This document shows positions 18,881 to 28,895 of a DNA stretch of 64,000 nt, piece by piece. The notes beneath the pieces are model-generated. The model was given only the letters and a program-made list of their open reading frames with translations, was not told the DNA's origin and did no database searches. The stretch spans positions 1-64,000 of the IMG/VR virus record IMGVR_UViG_3300033463_000076; one strand, written 5' to 3'. Made by a program: the position numbers and the translations under genes. Origin of the DNA: a virus (taxonomy: Duplodnaviria; Caudoviricetes). How positions within the stretch are numbered: position 1 is the first letter of the stretch; each line of letters opens with the position of its first letter.

Positions 18881-19315
18881 TTAAGAGTTTTTATCAGTTT
18901 CGTCCCTGTTCGTCGGGTCTGGTTCCGACAGCTTCAGCGAGAACTTCGCCATCTGCTGGACGAACTGACTGAACTGAGTGCATGACAGATAGATGCAGCG
19001 GTAATAGACGGTTGGCTGGAAACTCGTACGAATCTCCAACACTCCCTTCTTCAGCTCATTGCAGAAATCACCGTACCGCTGGTAGAACGTGCTCCTGTCG
19101 GGTGCAGTGATATGCACCTCAAGGTTCATTTCCCTCGAATCCTGCACGACATCCTTCGGTATTACCTTCTTGCCTGGCAGCTTCCTGTATGCACTCTCTA
19201 TCAGTGACTTGTTGGGCGCAGGGGTCATCAGTGCCGACAGCGCACCGTCGGACAGCGACAGACCGTACTCGTCGTATGCGTCCTTACTGTTTATGAACAA
19301 CTCTCCCTTTGGCAT
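18881..19315 (-). CDS. distal tail (Dit-like) protein
   Basis: 144 aa directly after the tape measure; ends F.LKLSEPDPTNR. Confidence 0.65.
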   Translation of the reverse strand: MPKGELFINSKDAYDEYGLSLSDGALSALMTPAPNKSLIESAYRKLPGKKVIPKDVVQDSREMNLEVHITAPDRSTFYQRYGDFCNELKKGVLEIRTSFQPTVYYRCIYLSCTQFSQFVQQMAKFSLKLSEPDPTNRDETDKNS

Positions 19316-19317
19316 GG

Positions 19318-22300
19318 CTATAAATTCTTAGTGTTGTTAGCAATATCCTCGAGCGAACCGCCCAGCTTCACATACATCAGCTTGGCATATCGCACCATAT
19401 CCTCCAAATAGCCCGTCGATGTGAACACGAGGGCACGAATCTCAGAGACGTCACTGGCCATGGACGAACTGAACGTCACGATGCTTGTCAGGTGCTCCAC
19501 AGCGAGAATCATCTGACTGCTGATCGCGTCGTTCGATATCTGCAGGGCGGTAAATCGGCCGTTCAGCTCCTCGCCAGTGTCCTGACTCATGGCCTCGAAG
19601 CCCTTGGAACTGGCTTCCTGAGTGTAGGCACCGCCCGACCATCCCATAGACTTACGCAGTTCGTCACGCTCCTTCAAGGCATCGTTGACGATATCCTGGT
19701 ACTCCTTCTTCAAGGCGTCCTGCTCCTGCTTCGTCAGTTCGCTTCCCGACTCAGAGGCTTCGGCGAAACTCTTGTACCACTGCTCCAGACGTGCCTTGTA
19801 CTTCGACAGCATCAGGCTCGAGATAATGGCGTTCTGCATATACTTCTCGAACTTCTCCGTGAACGTCTTGGCATCAGAGTCCATATCCATCAACTGGCTC
19901 TTGAAGTCCGACGTGAGAGAGTCGAACGACATTCCAGTCAGCTGCTCACGTGCCTCCTCGACAGCCTTCTTCATTTCATCGTCTGCCTCGATAATCATGT
20001 CAAGGTACTTACGGGCTTCCTCAGACAGCGACTGCCAGAACTGACGGTTGCTGTACTTCAGGTCACGCAGTTCGTCGGCAGACAGGTCAAACAGCCTTGA
20101 TATATCACCGTTGGCTACATATTGGAACTGAGTACCCATAAAGTTCCTCAGCTCGGCACCCATACGCTTCGCCAGTTCGGGATCACTCTCCCACAGATAT
20201 CCCCAGTTCGCGTCTCTGTTAGCCTCATAGCCGTTCGAGTGTGAGAACCAGCCGGCACCGTCAGAGGCCCAGGCACGGTACATTTCCGCTGCGGCCTTCT
20301 GCGTCAGTTCAAGGTCTCGCTCGGTCTTCGTCATAATAGCGGAAACACCCTCACCGTAGGCTTCCTCCATCAGCTTCTTCTCGTACTCAAGGTTATCCTT
20401 CCACGTGTCGAGCAGCCAGCCCCACTTCTTCGTAGCAGCCTCGAAGTTCTTAGTACCACCTCCGAAGACACCACTCATGTCGAAGCCGAACAGGCCACCT
20501 ATACCCGATACCACACCGCCGATGATATTACCCACGCCCTGTACGACGTTGGCGATAATCTGCGGCAGGTCTTTAAGGATGGCCTCAATGACCTTTGCAA
20601 TCTTATTCAGGATATCCTCGATGAACTGTGCAGGGTCTTCACCCAGCGCGTCGATAATCTGCAGGATGGCACCGATGATACCACCGACCTTTCCGCCTAT
20701 CTCGCTGAACGTAGCGGCCACCTTCTTGCCGCTTCCAGATATCTGATTGATAAGGTTATAAATACCAGTTGCGAAGCCTCCCAGCGATCCCGACGTCAGC
20801 TGTCCCAGTATGGTGTCGAACTTCCTCAGTCCCTGAGTAGCGGAATCAGTAGCGCCTTTCAGGTTCTGGTTGGCCTTGTTCTTCTCCTCCTCGGTCTTCT
20901 TGACGGCCTCTGAGGACTCTGCGACGGCCTGGTTGGCCATGTCGACCTTCATCTGAGCCATCATCTTAGCGGTAGGCGTTGTGGCCTCCTGCAGCTCCTT
21001 CTCGGCTGCAATCAGCTTATCGACAGCGTTCTTATGTGTCTCTTGTGCGTTCAGGAAATCCCTAACCCTCTGCTTGTACTCGTCGGCATACTTGGCGATA
21101 TCATCCCACGTCGATGCCTTGAACGGGCTGGCACTCTGAACACCACCTGCATCCACCAACTGGCTTCTGAGGTCATAGTAGGCTTTCTTGTCAGCAGCGT
21201 CGAGTTCCTTGAACTCCTTCGTGTTCATGTATTCATCGACCTTCTGAAGCGTCTCTCTTGCGATACCCTCGAGGACGTTACCGATACCACCAAACACCTG
21301 ATTCCAGTCGATGCTCATAGCCATAGCCTGAGCGTTCACCTTAGACAGTGCGCTCTTCTTGTCAGCCTCGAGCATCATTTTACGGCTCTTGCTGTGTTCC
21401 TCGGCGATACGGCGGTCATACTCCTTGGATATGGCATAGCGCTGCTGTTCGAGCGTACCGTACTGCTTCAGGTAGTCGTACATGCCAGTCAGCTCGTCGA
21501 CGTACCTCTGCTGTATGATACGTGAATAGTCGTTCTGCTCCTTCTCCAGCTGAGCCTTTATGAGATTGTTCTGGTCCTCGGACAGCGTGACACCCTGCCA
21601 GCCCGCCTTACCCTCGGCTGTGTCCTCATAGACACCATCCTTGTGGGCATTCTCCCAGACGCGCTTGTTATGCTCATAGACGGCCTTCTTCATTTCCTCG
21701 GCCTGCTCCTCGATCTGACGGATGTTACGGCGGTGCTGTTCGTCCTGCTCGGCACGTTCACGCTCGCCCTCGTTCCTTATATATGATATACGCACGTCAC
21801 TGCGTGCATCGTCAAGTCTCTTGCGGAGGTCATCAAGCTCCTCCTGCCAGCGTCTCTCCTCCTGGAGTGCAGCGGCACGTCTCTTTGCGACATCGTTCGT
21901 ACCGCCCTTCTTGCCAGAGGTGGAACCGCCATACTTCTGATACTGCTTCTTAGCGTCATCGACATCGGCCTGAAGCTGCTCGACCTTCTTATCAAACGTT
22001 TCCTTATCGACCTCGTCCTTCTGCTTGTAGTAGTCATCAAGGGCTTTCTCAGCGGCCTTCCACTTCGAGTAGGCATCGGCCTTCCACTGGGCTGCGGTCT
22101 TGGTAGGAGCGGCGCTTGCGCTTCTCTCGTACTTGCCAGTGACATAGTTGAAGTACATACCCTCCTTGCCGTTGTTCCTCGCATTCTCAAGACCCTCCTC
22201 GGCCTCCTTGTAGTGAATCTGGAAATACAGCGGAATGGTCGTGGCGCCAGTGGCCACCCAGCCGGCCTTCATGTTCAGGATATCGTCGAGGGCCTTCTGC

Positions 22301-24219
22301 TTCTCCTCCAGCGCGAGTCTCAGCTTGATATCGGCAGGACTCTCGGCGACCTTCTTTCTGAGGTCTTCAACCTCTTCCTGCAGGTCACTGATAAGGTCAT
22401 CGTATTTCTTGCGGACATCCTCGGCGACCTTCTCGTAGTCTGTGGGTATGTTCGTGTTCGATATCGTACCCTCGGCGATATCATGAGCCTCCTTGAGCAT
22501 ACCGGCGAGATCAGCGGCCTTCTTGTAGAACTTGTATATCTCCTCCTTCGCCTGGACGTTCTCGTTGGCTTCCTGAATCTTTATCTCGAGAGGCTTGCTG
22601 TTCTCAGCTATCTCCTGTCTGATGCGATTCATTTCAACGAGCTTAGAGATATAGATATCCAGTTCGGCCTCGGCCTCCTCCACATCTTTCTTCGATGTGT
22701 TATTGGTAGTCGTATATCCATACGTCGCAGCGTTCACCGTTTCCTCATAAGCGGCCTTAGTCACCTCAAGCTTTTCCCTCAGTTCGTCAACCTTCTGCTG
22801 GATATGCTCGAAGTTGGCTTCGTTCATCTGCTGGTTCAGCTCACGGTTGGCCTGAGCCAAGTCCATAGTGGCCACCTCTGCCTTCGAATACTTCTCCGTA
22901 AGGGTAGGAGCGGCCTTCGACAGCATTTCCCACGCTACGGCCTTATCGTATTCCGTCGCGCTTGCATCCTGCAGGGTGTTGATATAGCCCTGAATCTTAT
23001 TCTTCTGCTCGTCGAGACCGTCGGCGAACTTCTGCATTTCCTCGTTGGCCTTACGACGGGCGATAGTCTCTGCATCCTCGGCGGTAGCGAGCTTGTATGT
23101 CAGCACCACCAGCGTAGTGATGGCTGCTGCAGCCCACACGTAGGGGTTCATCAGGGTAGCCGCTGCGAGTTCCTTCGTGGCGACTATCAGTGAACGGCGA
23201 ACGTTTGTAAGCATGACCTCCATAGCTGCCTGACGTGCCTGTCCTGCCGTCAGTGCATGGCCAGCGGCCGTTGCGAGAGCCTGCTGTACCGCTGCCTCTG
23301 CCATCAGGGCATTGTTGGCCTTCTGAATGGCATTGACGGCAATCATGACAGCCTTGTACGATCCGATGGCAACTGCAGCCGTGCCGATAGCCTCACCGAC
23401 ACCTCTCCAGTTCTCGACGAGGTACGAGACGGCACCCAGTCCGGCGTTGATGACACCCTCAGACTGCTTACCCATATCGTTGAACATCATATCGACGGCA
23501 TCCTCGATGTTCGATATCTGTCCTACGATGGTCTTCGACTGCTCCTTCATGAGACCGCCGAACTTGCTGCCCTCGTTCGTCATATTGATAAACGCCTGAT
23601 GGAACACATCGGCCGTCACCTTACCTGCTGTTACCAAATCGGGTATCTGGTTCTTCGTGACGTTCAGCACCTTTGCAATCTCCTCGGCGATAGGAATACC
23701 TCGGCCCTGGAACTGCCTCAAGTCCTGCGTGAACATCCTACCCTGAACCATAGTAGTACCGTAGAGGTACACCAAATCGCTCAACTGGATAGACATACCT
23801 GCAGCGACATCACCCAGACGGACAATCATTTCGTTAACGTCATCGACGGCAGTGCCGTAGGCAAGCAACTGCTTGGCACCGTCGGCCACGCCTTTCAGGT
23901 CGAACGGGGTGGTGGCTGCAGTCTTGACCAGCTGATCCATCAGCTTCTGTGCGGCCTGTTCGCTTCCGAGCATCGTCTTGAAGGCCACCTCCAGCTGCTG
24001 GAACTGACCACGCACATCCATGATATCGCTTATCAGTTCCTTTGCGGAGAATCCTGCGAACGACAAAGCAGCCGCCTTCTTCAGACGGTCAAACATCTGC
24101 TCGACACCCATACCGGACTTCTCCACGTCCTGCATGGTAGAGCGGACACTGTTACGTACACCCTCCATCGACGTGAGGAATCCCTTGTTATCTCCAGTTA
24201 TAGCGAACTTTATAGGCAT
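19318..24219 (-). CDS. tape measure protein
   Basis: 1633 aa, helical; N-terminal tape-measure domain (AATTPFDL...AKQLLAYG...DLRQFQGRGIPI). Confidence 0.92.
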   Translation of the reverse strand: MPIKFAITGDNKGFLTSMEGVRNSVRSTMQDVEKSGMGVEQMFDRLKKAAALSFAGFSAKELISDIMDVRGQFQQLEVAFKTMLGSEQAAQKLMDQLVKTAATTPFDLKGVADGAKQLLAYGTAVDDVNEMIVRLGDVAAGMSIQLSDLVYLYGTTMVQGRMFTQDLRQFQGRGIPIAEEIAKVLNVTKNQIPDLVTAGKVTADVFHQAFINMTNEGSKFGGLMKEQSKTIVGQISNIEDAVDMMFNDMGKQSEGVINAGLGAVSYLVENWRGVGEAIGTAAVAIGSYKAVMIAVNAIQKANNALMAEAAVQQALATAAGHALTAGQARQAAMEVMLTNVRRSLIVATKELAAATLMNPYVWAAAAITTLVVLTYKLATAEDAETIARRKANEEMQKFADGLDEQKNKIQGYINTLQDASATEYDKAVAWEMLSKAAPTLTEKYSKAEVATMDLAQANRELNQQMNEANFEHIQQKVDELREKLEVTKAAYEETVNAATYGYTTTNNTSKKDVEEAEAELDIYISKLVEMNRIRQEIAENSKPLEIKIQEANENVQAKEEIYKFYKKAADLAGMLKEAHDIAEGTISNTNIPTDYEKVAEDVRKKYDDLISDLQEEVEDLRKKVAESPADIKLRLALEEKQKALDDILNMKAGWVATGATTIPLYFQIHYKEAEEGLENARNNGKEGMYFNYVTGKYERSASAAPTKTAAQWKADAYSKWKAAEKALDDYYKQKDEVDKETFDKKVEQLQADVDDAKKQYQKYGGSTSGKKGGTNDVAKRRAAALQEERRWQEELDDLRKRLDDARSDVRISYIRNEGERERAEQDEQHRRNIRQIEEQAEEMKKAVYEHNKRVWENAHKDGVYEDTAEGKAGWQGVTLSEDQNNLIKAQLEKEQNDYSRIIQQRYVDELTGMYDYLKQYGTLEQQRYAISKEYDRRIAEEHSKSRKMMLEADKKSALSKVNAQAMAMSIDWNQVFGGIGNVLEGIARETLQKVDEYMNTKEFKELDAADKKAYYDLRSQLVDAGGVQSASPFKASTWDDIAKYADEYKQRVRDFLNAQETHKNAVDKLIAAEKELQEATTPTAKMMAQMKVDMANQAVAESSEAVKKTEEEKNKANQNLKGATDSATQGLRKFDTILGQLTSGSLGGFATGIYNLINQISGSGKKVAATFSEIGGKVGGIIGAILQIIDALGEDPAQFIEDILNKIAKVIEAILKDLPQIIANVVQGVGNIIGGVVSGIGGLFGFDMSGVFGGGTKNFEAATKKWGWLLDTWKDNLEYEKKLMEEAYGEGVSAIMTKTERDLELTQKAAAEMYRAWASDGAGWFSHSNGYEANRDANWGYLWESDPELAKRMGAELRNFMGTQFQYVANGDISRLFDLSADELRDLKYSNRQFWQSLSEEARKYLDMIIEADDEMKKAVEEAREQLTGMSFDSLTSDFKSQLMDMDSDAKTFTEKFEKYMQNAIISSLMLSKYKARLEQWYKSFAEASESGSELTKQEQDALKKEYQDIVNDALKERDELRKSMGWSGGAYTQEASSKGFEAMSQDTGEELNGRFTALQISNDAISSQMILAVEHLTSIVTFSSSMASDVSEIRALVFTSTGYLEDMVRYAKLMYVKLGGSLEDIANNTKNL

Positions 24220-24235
24220 ATCTCAAAACAATTAG

Positions 24236-24967
24236 TTACTCGAAATCAACATTTTTCAGCTTACCCTTCAGCTTATCCATGGCCTGCGGGTCGTTAGCGT
24301 CTATCATAGTGCCGCCTACCTCGTCGGGCAGGCTCTTCAGTTCATCGTCCGACAGGTAGACGGATGTCATCTTATCGGCAATCATCATCCTCAGATAGCA
24401 GTAGCCCTTCTCGTACAGAATCTCGTCATCGGAGTAGCCCATTTCCTTGAGCTGTCCGATGAACGTACCGAACAGACTGAGGCCACCGAACGATATATTG
24501 TTCTTATCGTCCTTCTTGACCTTCATTATCTTCGCACGTCTCACCGCCTCCTTATCCAGTCCGATATGCCTGTAGAGGGCGTCGGTCTTATCCCACGTCA
24601 GGACATAGACCATCATCGTGGCGATATCCTCATACGACAGTTTCTCCTTGAAGCGATCAAAGCGCTTCTCGATGGCATCGTAGTCGTACAAATCCTTATA
24701 GGTGTTAGGGGCTGTGAAAACGGCAATGATACGGCAGCAGACCTCAGTATGTTCCTCCGCAAGCCTGACAGCCTCCATATAGGCGTTCAGCCTTACGTTC
24801 TCCTCACTGAAATCAAGCTCGTCGAAATACCGCTTGAGCAGGAACATCTTCGCCAGCGTCATAGGATAGAGGCGAAACCTGTCCTTCTCTACGAAAAAAT
24901 CATGCGGCGCACCGATGATAACATCCGCAAGGTCATACTCAATATCTGTCTTCTTATGCTCGTCCAT
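24236..24967 (-). CDS. putative tail assembly chaperone
   Basis: Single 243-aa ORF between the major tail protein and tape measure genes. Confidence 0.55.
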   Translation of the reverse strand: MDEHKKTDIEYDLADVIIGAPHDFFVEKDRFRLYPMTLAKMFLLKRYFDELDFSEENVRLNAYMEAVRLAEEHTEVCCRIIAVFTAPNTYKDLYDYDAIEKRFDRFKEKLSYEDIATMMVYVLTWDKTDALYRHIGLDKEAVRRAKIMKVKKDDKNNISFGGLSLFGTFIGQLKEMGYSDDEILYEKGYCYLRMMIADKMTSVYLSDDELKSLPDEVGGTMIDANDPQAMDKLKGKLKNVDFE

Positions 24968-24969
24968 AG

Positions 24970-25048
24970 TGCCCGTGACTGGAATCGAACCAGCGCGTAC
25001 CCCTGAAAGGAGGATAAAGGAGGTGTTCTACCGCTGAACTACACGGAC
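24970..25048 (-). tRNA. tRNA-like element with aberrant, expanded anticodon arm
   Basis: GTCCGTG/CACGGGC acceptor, GTTC-AGCGGTA-GAAC D-arm, GCTGG-TTCGATT-CCAGT T-arm; anticodon region 24 nt with duplicated CCTCCTTT; no assignable anticodon. Confidence 0.6.
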
Positions 25049-25049
25049 T

Positions 25050-25080
25050 AAAAAATGCCGCCCCAACGAATCGAGGCGGC
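25050..25080 (-). terminator. rho-independent terminator after the major tail gene
   Basis: Sense GCCGCCTCGA-TTCG-TTGGGGCGGC followed by ATTTTTT. Confidence 0.75.
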
Positions 25081-25088
25081 TATTGTGG

Positions 25089-25547
25089 TTAATCACCGTC
25101 TTCAGGGTCTACTGCAGGAGTGGCACCCTTCTTGTGGAAGGTCACGTCGGTCAACTTACCGTTGTCGTCGTGGGCACCCTTCGTCTTGTAGGTGTAGACG
25201 GCTACCAGACCATCGGTAGAATCGAACTTCACACTGATGCTGCGTGAACAGCTGCTCAGCTTGACGCCGATAGCACCGGCATTCTCAGGGATAACCTCTG
25301 CGTCGCCAGCGTTCTCGACAAATCCTACCTCAACCTCATTCTCGGAACCGATACGACGGTTGTAGGTCAGCGTATACTTGTCAGGCTCTCTCTTACGAGC
25401 TTCAGCCTCACCACCTTCGATCAGGGCCTCAGTCTCCTGGCCTTCCTCGACGGAAAGGGCGGTAGAACCCTGCACGATGTCGTTGTGGGTAGTATTGCCG
25501 TTCTTGACAGCGCACTTACCCCAACCGATAATTTTCTGTTCTGCCAT
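25089..25547 (-). CDS. major tail (tube) protein
   Basis: IGWGKC...STALSVEEG..TEA.IEGGE pattern typical of Bacteroidales siphoviruses; position; downstream terminator. Confidence 0.75.
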   Translation of the reverse strand: MAEQKIIGWGKCAVKNGNTTHNDIVQGSTALSVEEGQETEALIEGGEAEARKREPDKYTLTYNRRIGSENEVEVGFVENAGDAEVIPENAGAIGVKLSSCSRSISVKFDSTDGLVAVYTYKTKGAHDDNGKLTDVTFHKKGATPAVDPEDGD

Positions 25548-25552
25548 AATTC

Positions 25553-25954
25553 TTACTCGTTAACTATTTCGTACAACAATCTGTTATTTATCACGTGCTC
25601 CCTCTCGTTCCCTGCATCAATGGTGTGCTGGGTCTCGAGGTGTATTCTGGCGGTGCCAATCCAAAAGACATCCATTATCTCAGCGGCCAGCTTGCTCAGC
25701 TCACCGAGCCGTTCGCCGTGTTCCTCGTACTGACCGTTCTTCTTGACGTTCTGGTCCTGTACGTAGATGTTGACATTGACCACAGCCTGCTGACGCTGTT
25801 CGTTGACGTTAGCAAGCACGGAGATAACGATATCCTCGTTCTTCGAGTTTAGCGGGCGCTTACGGGTTGTTACGACACCACTGACCTCGTTGGCCAGTTC
25901 CGTGCCTTTGATGAACTCGAATATCTCTTCCTTTATCTCCTGGTCTGTCTTCAT
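25553..25954 (-). CDS. putative tail terminator protein
   Basis: Position; EDIVISVL...VNVNIYV motif. Confidence 0.65.
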   Translation of the reverse strand: MKTDQEIKEEIFEFIKGTELANEVSGVVTTRKRPLNSKNEDIVISVLANVNEQRQQAVVNVNIYVQDQNVKKNGQYEEHGERLGELSKLAAEIMDVFWIGTARIHLETQHTIDAGNEREHVINNRLLYEIVNE

Positions 25955-26439
25955 GCTGCTGCGAGAAACTTGTTTATCCGCTTTTCCGCACGCTCCTGCG
26001 TACGTTTCATGTAGTCTTCTATCTTAGCCCTTGCCCACAGCTCAGTAGATGCGAGCACGTCCTTAGACTCGATGGCCTCGACATATTCAGCGTAGCTCAT
26101 ACCTGCAACGACCACGAGGGCGTACGCCTTGGCGAACTCAGAAGCCAGTTCGGAAATGTACTTCTTACTGGCTGCTTCACCCTCGCTACCGTCCATGACA
26201 ACCTCAAAGGCGCTTTCCATCTGCTTCTTGCCGTACTCGAAGACGGCATAGCCGATTGAACTGCGGAGGTTACCCGTCCGGTCGATCCAGCTCTCCTCTG
26301 CGGAACGGTCCCTGATGCGTCTGTTACACTGCTCTCCGAGGTACTTGAGCGTTCTCAGAACCTCCTCCCGAATGATACGGGCGATGCCGAGAAACATCTT
26401 ATCCAAGTCCTGCTTCGAGTTGGTACACTTTACTCCCAT
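25951..26439 (-). CDS. HK97 gp10-like tail completion/neck protein
   Basis: DRTGNLRSSIGY motif; YAEYVE; start at TGATG overlap, 26439. Confidence 0.7.
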   Translation of the reverse strand: MGVKCTNSKQDLDKMFLGIARIIREEVLRTLKYLGEQCNRRIRDRSAEESWIDRTGNLRSSIGYAVFEYGKKQMESAFEVVMDGSEGEAASKKYISELASEFAKAYALVVVAGMSYAEYVEAIESKDVLASTELWARAKIEDYMKRTQERAEKRINKFLAAA

Positions 26440-26771
26440 CAGACCCAAATCTTACACTGGTGCTGGTAGCGGTGGAACCCTACGACCTCATAGTCCGTTT
26501 CATCGTCCTTTCCGAAAAGCGAAATCCTGACGATCTCGCCAAGTCTGAAGTCACGACATTTGCGGTCGTACACGTGTATGGTATAGGAATAGGGCTTTGT
26601 GCTTCCGTCAGGCAGGGGAATCTCTGCGGCCTTTCCTGCAGGCACCACGTCGCACTTGACGTACCGTTTCCACTCGGAACTACCCTCATGATAACGGCCC
26701 TTTTCATCGTCGTAACCCTCGCTTTCCTCGAGAGTCATCAGCCAATGAGGGTGCATATCCAGTACAGGCAT
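26439..26771 (-). CDS. putative head closure protein
   Basis: Position after the adaptor; 110 aa, beta-rich. Confidence 0.55.
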   Translation of the reverse strand: MPVLDMHPHWLMTLEESEGYDDEKGRYHEGSSEWKRYVKCDVVPAGKAAEIPLPDGSTKPYSYTIHVYDRKCRDFRLGEIVRISLFGKDDETDYEVVGFHRYQHQCKIWV

Positions 26772-27130
26772 CAGCAGTATCTCCTTTTCCTACGTCTCTT
26801 ACCATAGCCCATAGTGACCTTCGGCTCCCCAGTCTCTAAGAGCGGTTCACCGATTTCACCATACAGGGCATTCGCCTTCTTCAATATGAGCTTCCGCTGC
26901 TCGTCGGTCAGTGGCTGGATAGTCTTGTCTGCCTCCGAGAAGCCGATAGCCTGAATCAGAGAAGCAAGGCAGTCCGCGACGGCACCCTTGAAGCCCTCGC
27001 TGGTCTCGACCTCGATATCATACGTGTCGTCGCCGTTGAGCCTACGCCTCGTGATCACGTTCTCGACGTAACCTTCTGGGACTGGGTAGAACACTTCGTC
27101 CCTCAGTGCTTCGCGGACTGTCCTTTCCAT
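26771..27130 (-). CDS. putative head-tail adaptor (DUF6706-like)
   Basis: Directly after the major capsid gene; helical; ANALYGEIGE motif. Confidence 0.55.
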   Translation of the reverse strand: MERTVREALRDEVFYPVPEGYVENVITRRRLNGDDTYDIEVETSEGFKGAVADCLASLIQAIGFSEADKTIQPLTDEQRKLILKKANALYGEIGEPLLETGEPKVTMGYGKRRRKRRYC

Positions 27131-27132
27131 GA

Positions 27133-28446
27133 CTAATCACCGTTTACGACGTATTCGGCTACAGCCTCAATCAGTGCCTCCTCGTCCTCGTCAGAGAGTT
27201 CGTTGGCCTTCTTGATGACGGTATCGTCCTTCGTCTTAGCGTTATACTTGCTGCCAGCAATCTTATTCAGAGCACGTACGAAGCCCTCCTTGGTGTAGGT
27301 GACCTCCTTGTAGGTAATCTGAACGTCCTCAACGTCTGCAGCCTCCTTGACCTCGTCAACCTCAGCGGCCTCGTCGATGTCGAGGGTGTAAATCTGGTCA
27401 ACGTCCTCCAGGATAGGAGCAACGAAGGCCTGACCACTTGTAACCTCGCGCAGCGGGTCAACCTTAGAGTAGTTCGAGATCAGCTTGAAGACGTCGACGA
27501 GCTTGTAGTTAACCCACTTGACAGGGTTAGACTGCTCAGCCAGACGGCCGTAAACCAGCGTACCGACAACCTCGTTACAGATGAATACGAGGACGTTGCT
27601 TGCCCATGGCTTAACAGACTTCTTCTTGCCGTTCTTCTCACGGATGATGGTACGGTCGATGACACGGAAGGTCACGCCATACTCGTCCTCGAAGGCAGCG
27701 TTGAAGTTCTTGCTGTTAGGCACACCCAGACTGGTGTCGTCAGTGAACGAACGGCCCTCGAAAGAGGCAACCAGCTCACGTGCTCCACGGGTCTGACGCA
27801 GACGGTCGTATGCGGTCTTGGCGATACAAATCTGAATGATGCTGTTCTGGTCACGGTCACGTGCGGTGTCGAGTACACGCTTGATGTCCTCGATGGTCAG
27901 CTCACCCTTGGTGGTGACACCAAACTTATTCTTCTTCAGATAGTTGAAGTTCAGACGCATCAGAGACTTCTCAGGTGCATCGGGGTCTTCATCCTTAATG
28001 GCCACATAGCCGTGAGAGAGGGCGAACAGGAACGCATACTCATTCTGCTCGTCGATACCGACTGCACAGGCGACAGCATCGTCAGCAAGACGCTTGGCGA
28101 TCTTCTGAGCGTTACCGCCCTGGGCAATCATCACGTTCAGGTTGTTGATGTCGGACTCCTTGAGGTACTTCTTCATACCAACCTTCGGGAGCTTACCATT
28201 TGCCGAAGCAATGGTGTCACGGCTCTTCAAGGGGAGCTCAGAGTCAACAGCCACATAGTCGGCAGCAACGAACGTAGTGTTTACGGACGTGCTTTCCCAC
28301 TTGTTATCGGGGGCAAACTCAGTGCCCAGCATTTCCTTATGGAGATAGGTCAGAGGGCGAGTGCGCTTCTCGTTGACCTTCTCGATGTAGCGCTGGAGTT
28401 TCGGGAAAAACTTCGCAACGTACTTGTAGAACAAACTTTTCTGCAT
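27133..28446 (-). CDS. major capsid protein
   Basis: 437 aa; AADYVAVDSELPLKSRD...GKLPKVG motif; follows scaffold and decoration genes. Confidence 0.8.
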   Translation of the reverse strand: MQKSLFYKYVAKFFPKLQRYIEKVNEKRTRPLTYLHKEMLGTEFAPDNKWESTSVNTTFVAADYVAVDSELPLKSRDTIASANGKLPKVGMKKYLKESDINNLNVMIAQGGNAQKIAKRLADDAVACAVGIDEQNEYAFLFALSHGYVAIKDEDPDAPEKSLMRLNFNYLKKNKFGVTTKGELTIEDIKRVLDTARDRDQNSIIQICIAKTAYDRLRQTRGARELVASFEGRSFTDDTSLGVPNSKNFNAAFEDEYGVTFRVIDRTIIREKNGKKKSVKPWASNVLVFICNEVVGTLVYGRLAEQSNPVKWVNYKLVDVFKLISNYSKVDPLREVTSGQAFVAPILEDVDQIYTLDIDEAAEVDEVKEAADVEDVQITYKEVTYTKEGFVRALNKIAGSKYNAKTKDDTVIKKANELSDEDEEALIEAVAEYVVNGD

Positions 28447-28459
28447 GGCTTACAAATTT

Positions 28460-28858
28460 TTAATCGTGTTGAAAATCAATGTGAGGCAATGCTGTCTTCA
28501 ACGTAGCCTTGAGAGCGGCAGTGATAGGATAAGGGCTTGCGAGGTCGTTCACCTCACCCCAAGTCATAATACCTACGAACGGCTCCTTGACGGACTTCGT
28601 CGCACGGCATACACCAGCATACTCGTAGCCATTTGGAAGGCTAACGTAGCTGCCATTCGAAACACCCAGAGGCTTGTACTCAGGGTCTTCCTTGTCCGAT
28701 TCACGGATAATCAGCTGGCCGGCACGGATGTAATCCTCGTTGTAACCGTCAACGTTGAGCACCTTGCCACCCTCGATACCCTTGAAGTCAGCTCGGATGA
28801 CGATAGGGTCATTCTCGAAGCTGAAGGACTCCATAGAACCAATGTCAATTTTACCCAT
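28460..28858 (-). CDS. putative head decoration protein
   Basis: 132 aa between scaffold and capsid; IEGGKVLNV...IRAGQLII. Confidence 0.55.
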   Translation of the reverse strand: MGKIDIGSMESFSFENDPIVIRADFKGIEGGKVLNVDGYNEDYIRAGQLIIRESDKEDPEYKPLGVSNGSYVSLPNGYEYAGVCRATKSVKEPFVGIMTWGEVNDLASPYPITAALKATLKTALPHIDFQHD

Positions 28859-28895
28859 TTTACTTAATCTTTTTTGTGACTCCGAAACCAGCGGA

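Noticed and set aside
2729-24297. Long plus-strand ORFs in the track (e.g. 2729-3988, 10498-11970, 22213-23193, 23257-24297)
   Set aside because: They lie wholly antisense to well-supported minus-strand genes, show no recognisable motifs, and are expected shadows of GC-biased codon usage.
24236-24967. Programmed -1 frameshift for a G/GT tail chaperone pair
   Set aside because: A single ORF fills the gap up to the tape measure gene; no second frame or convincing slippery site was seen.
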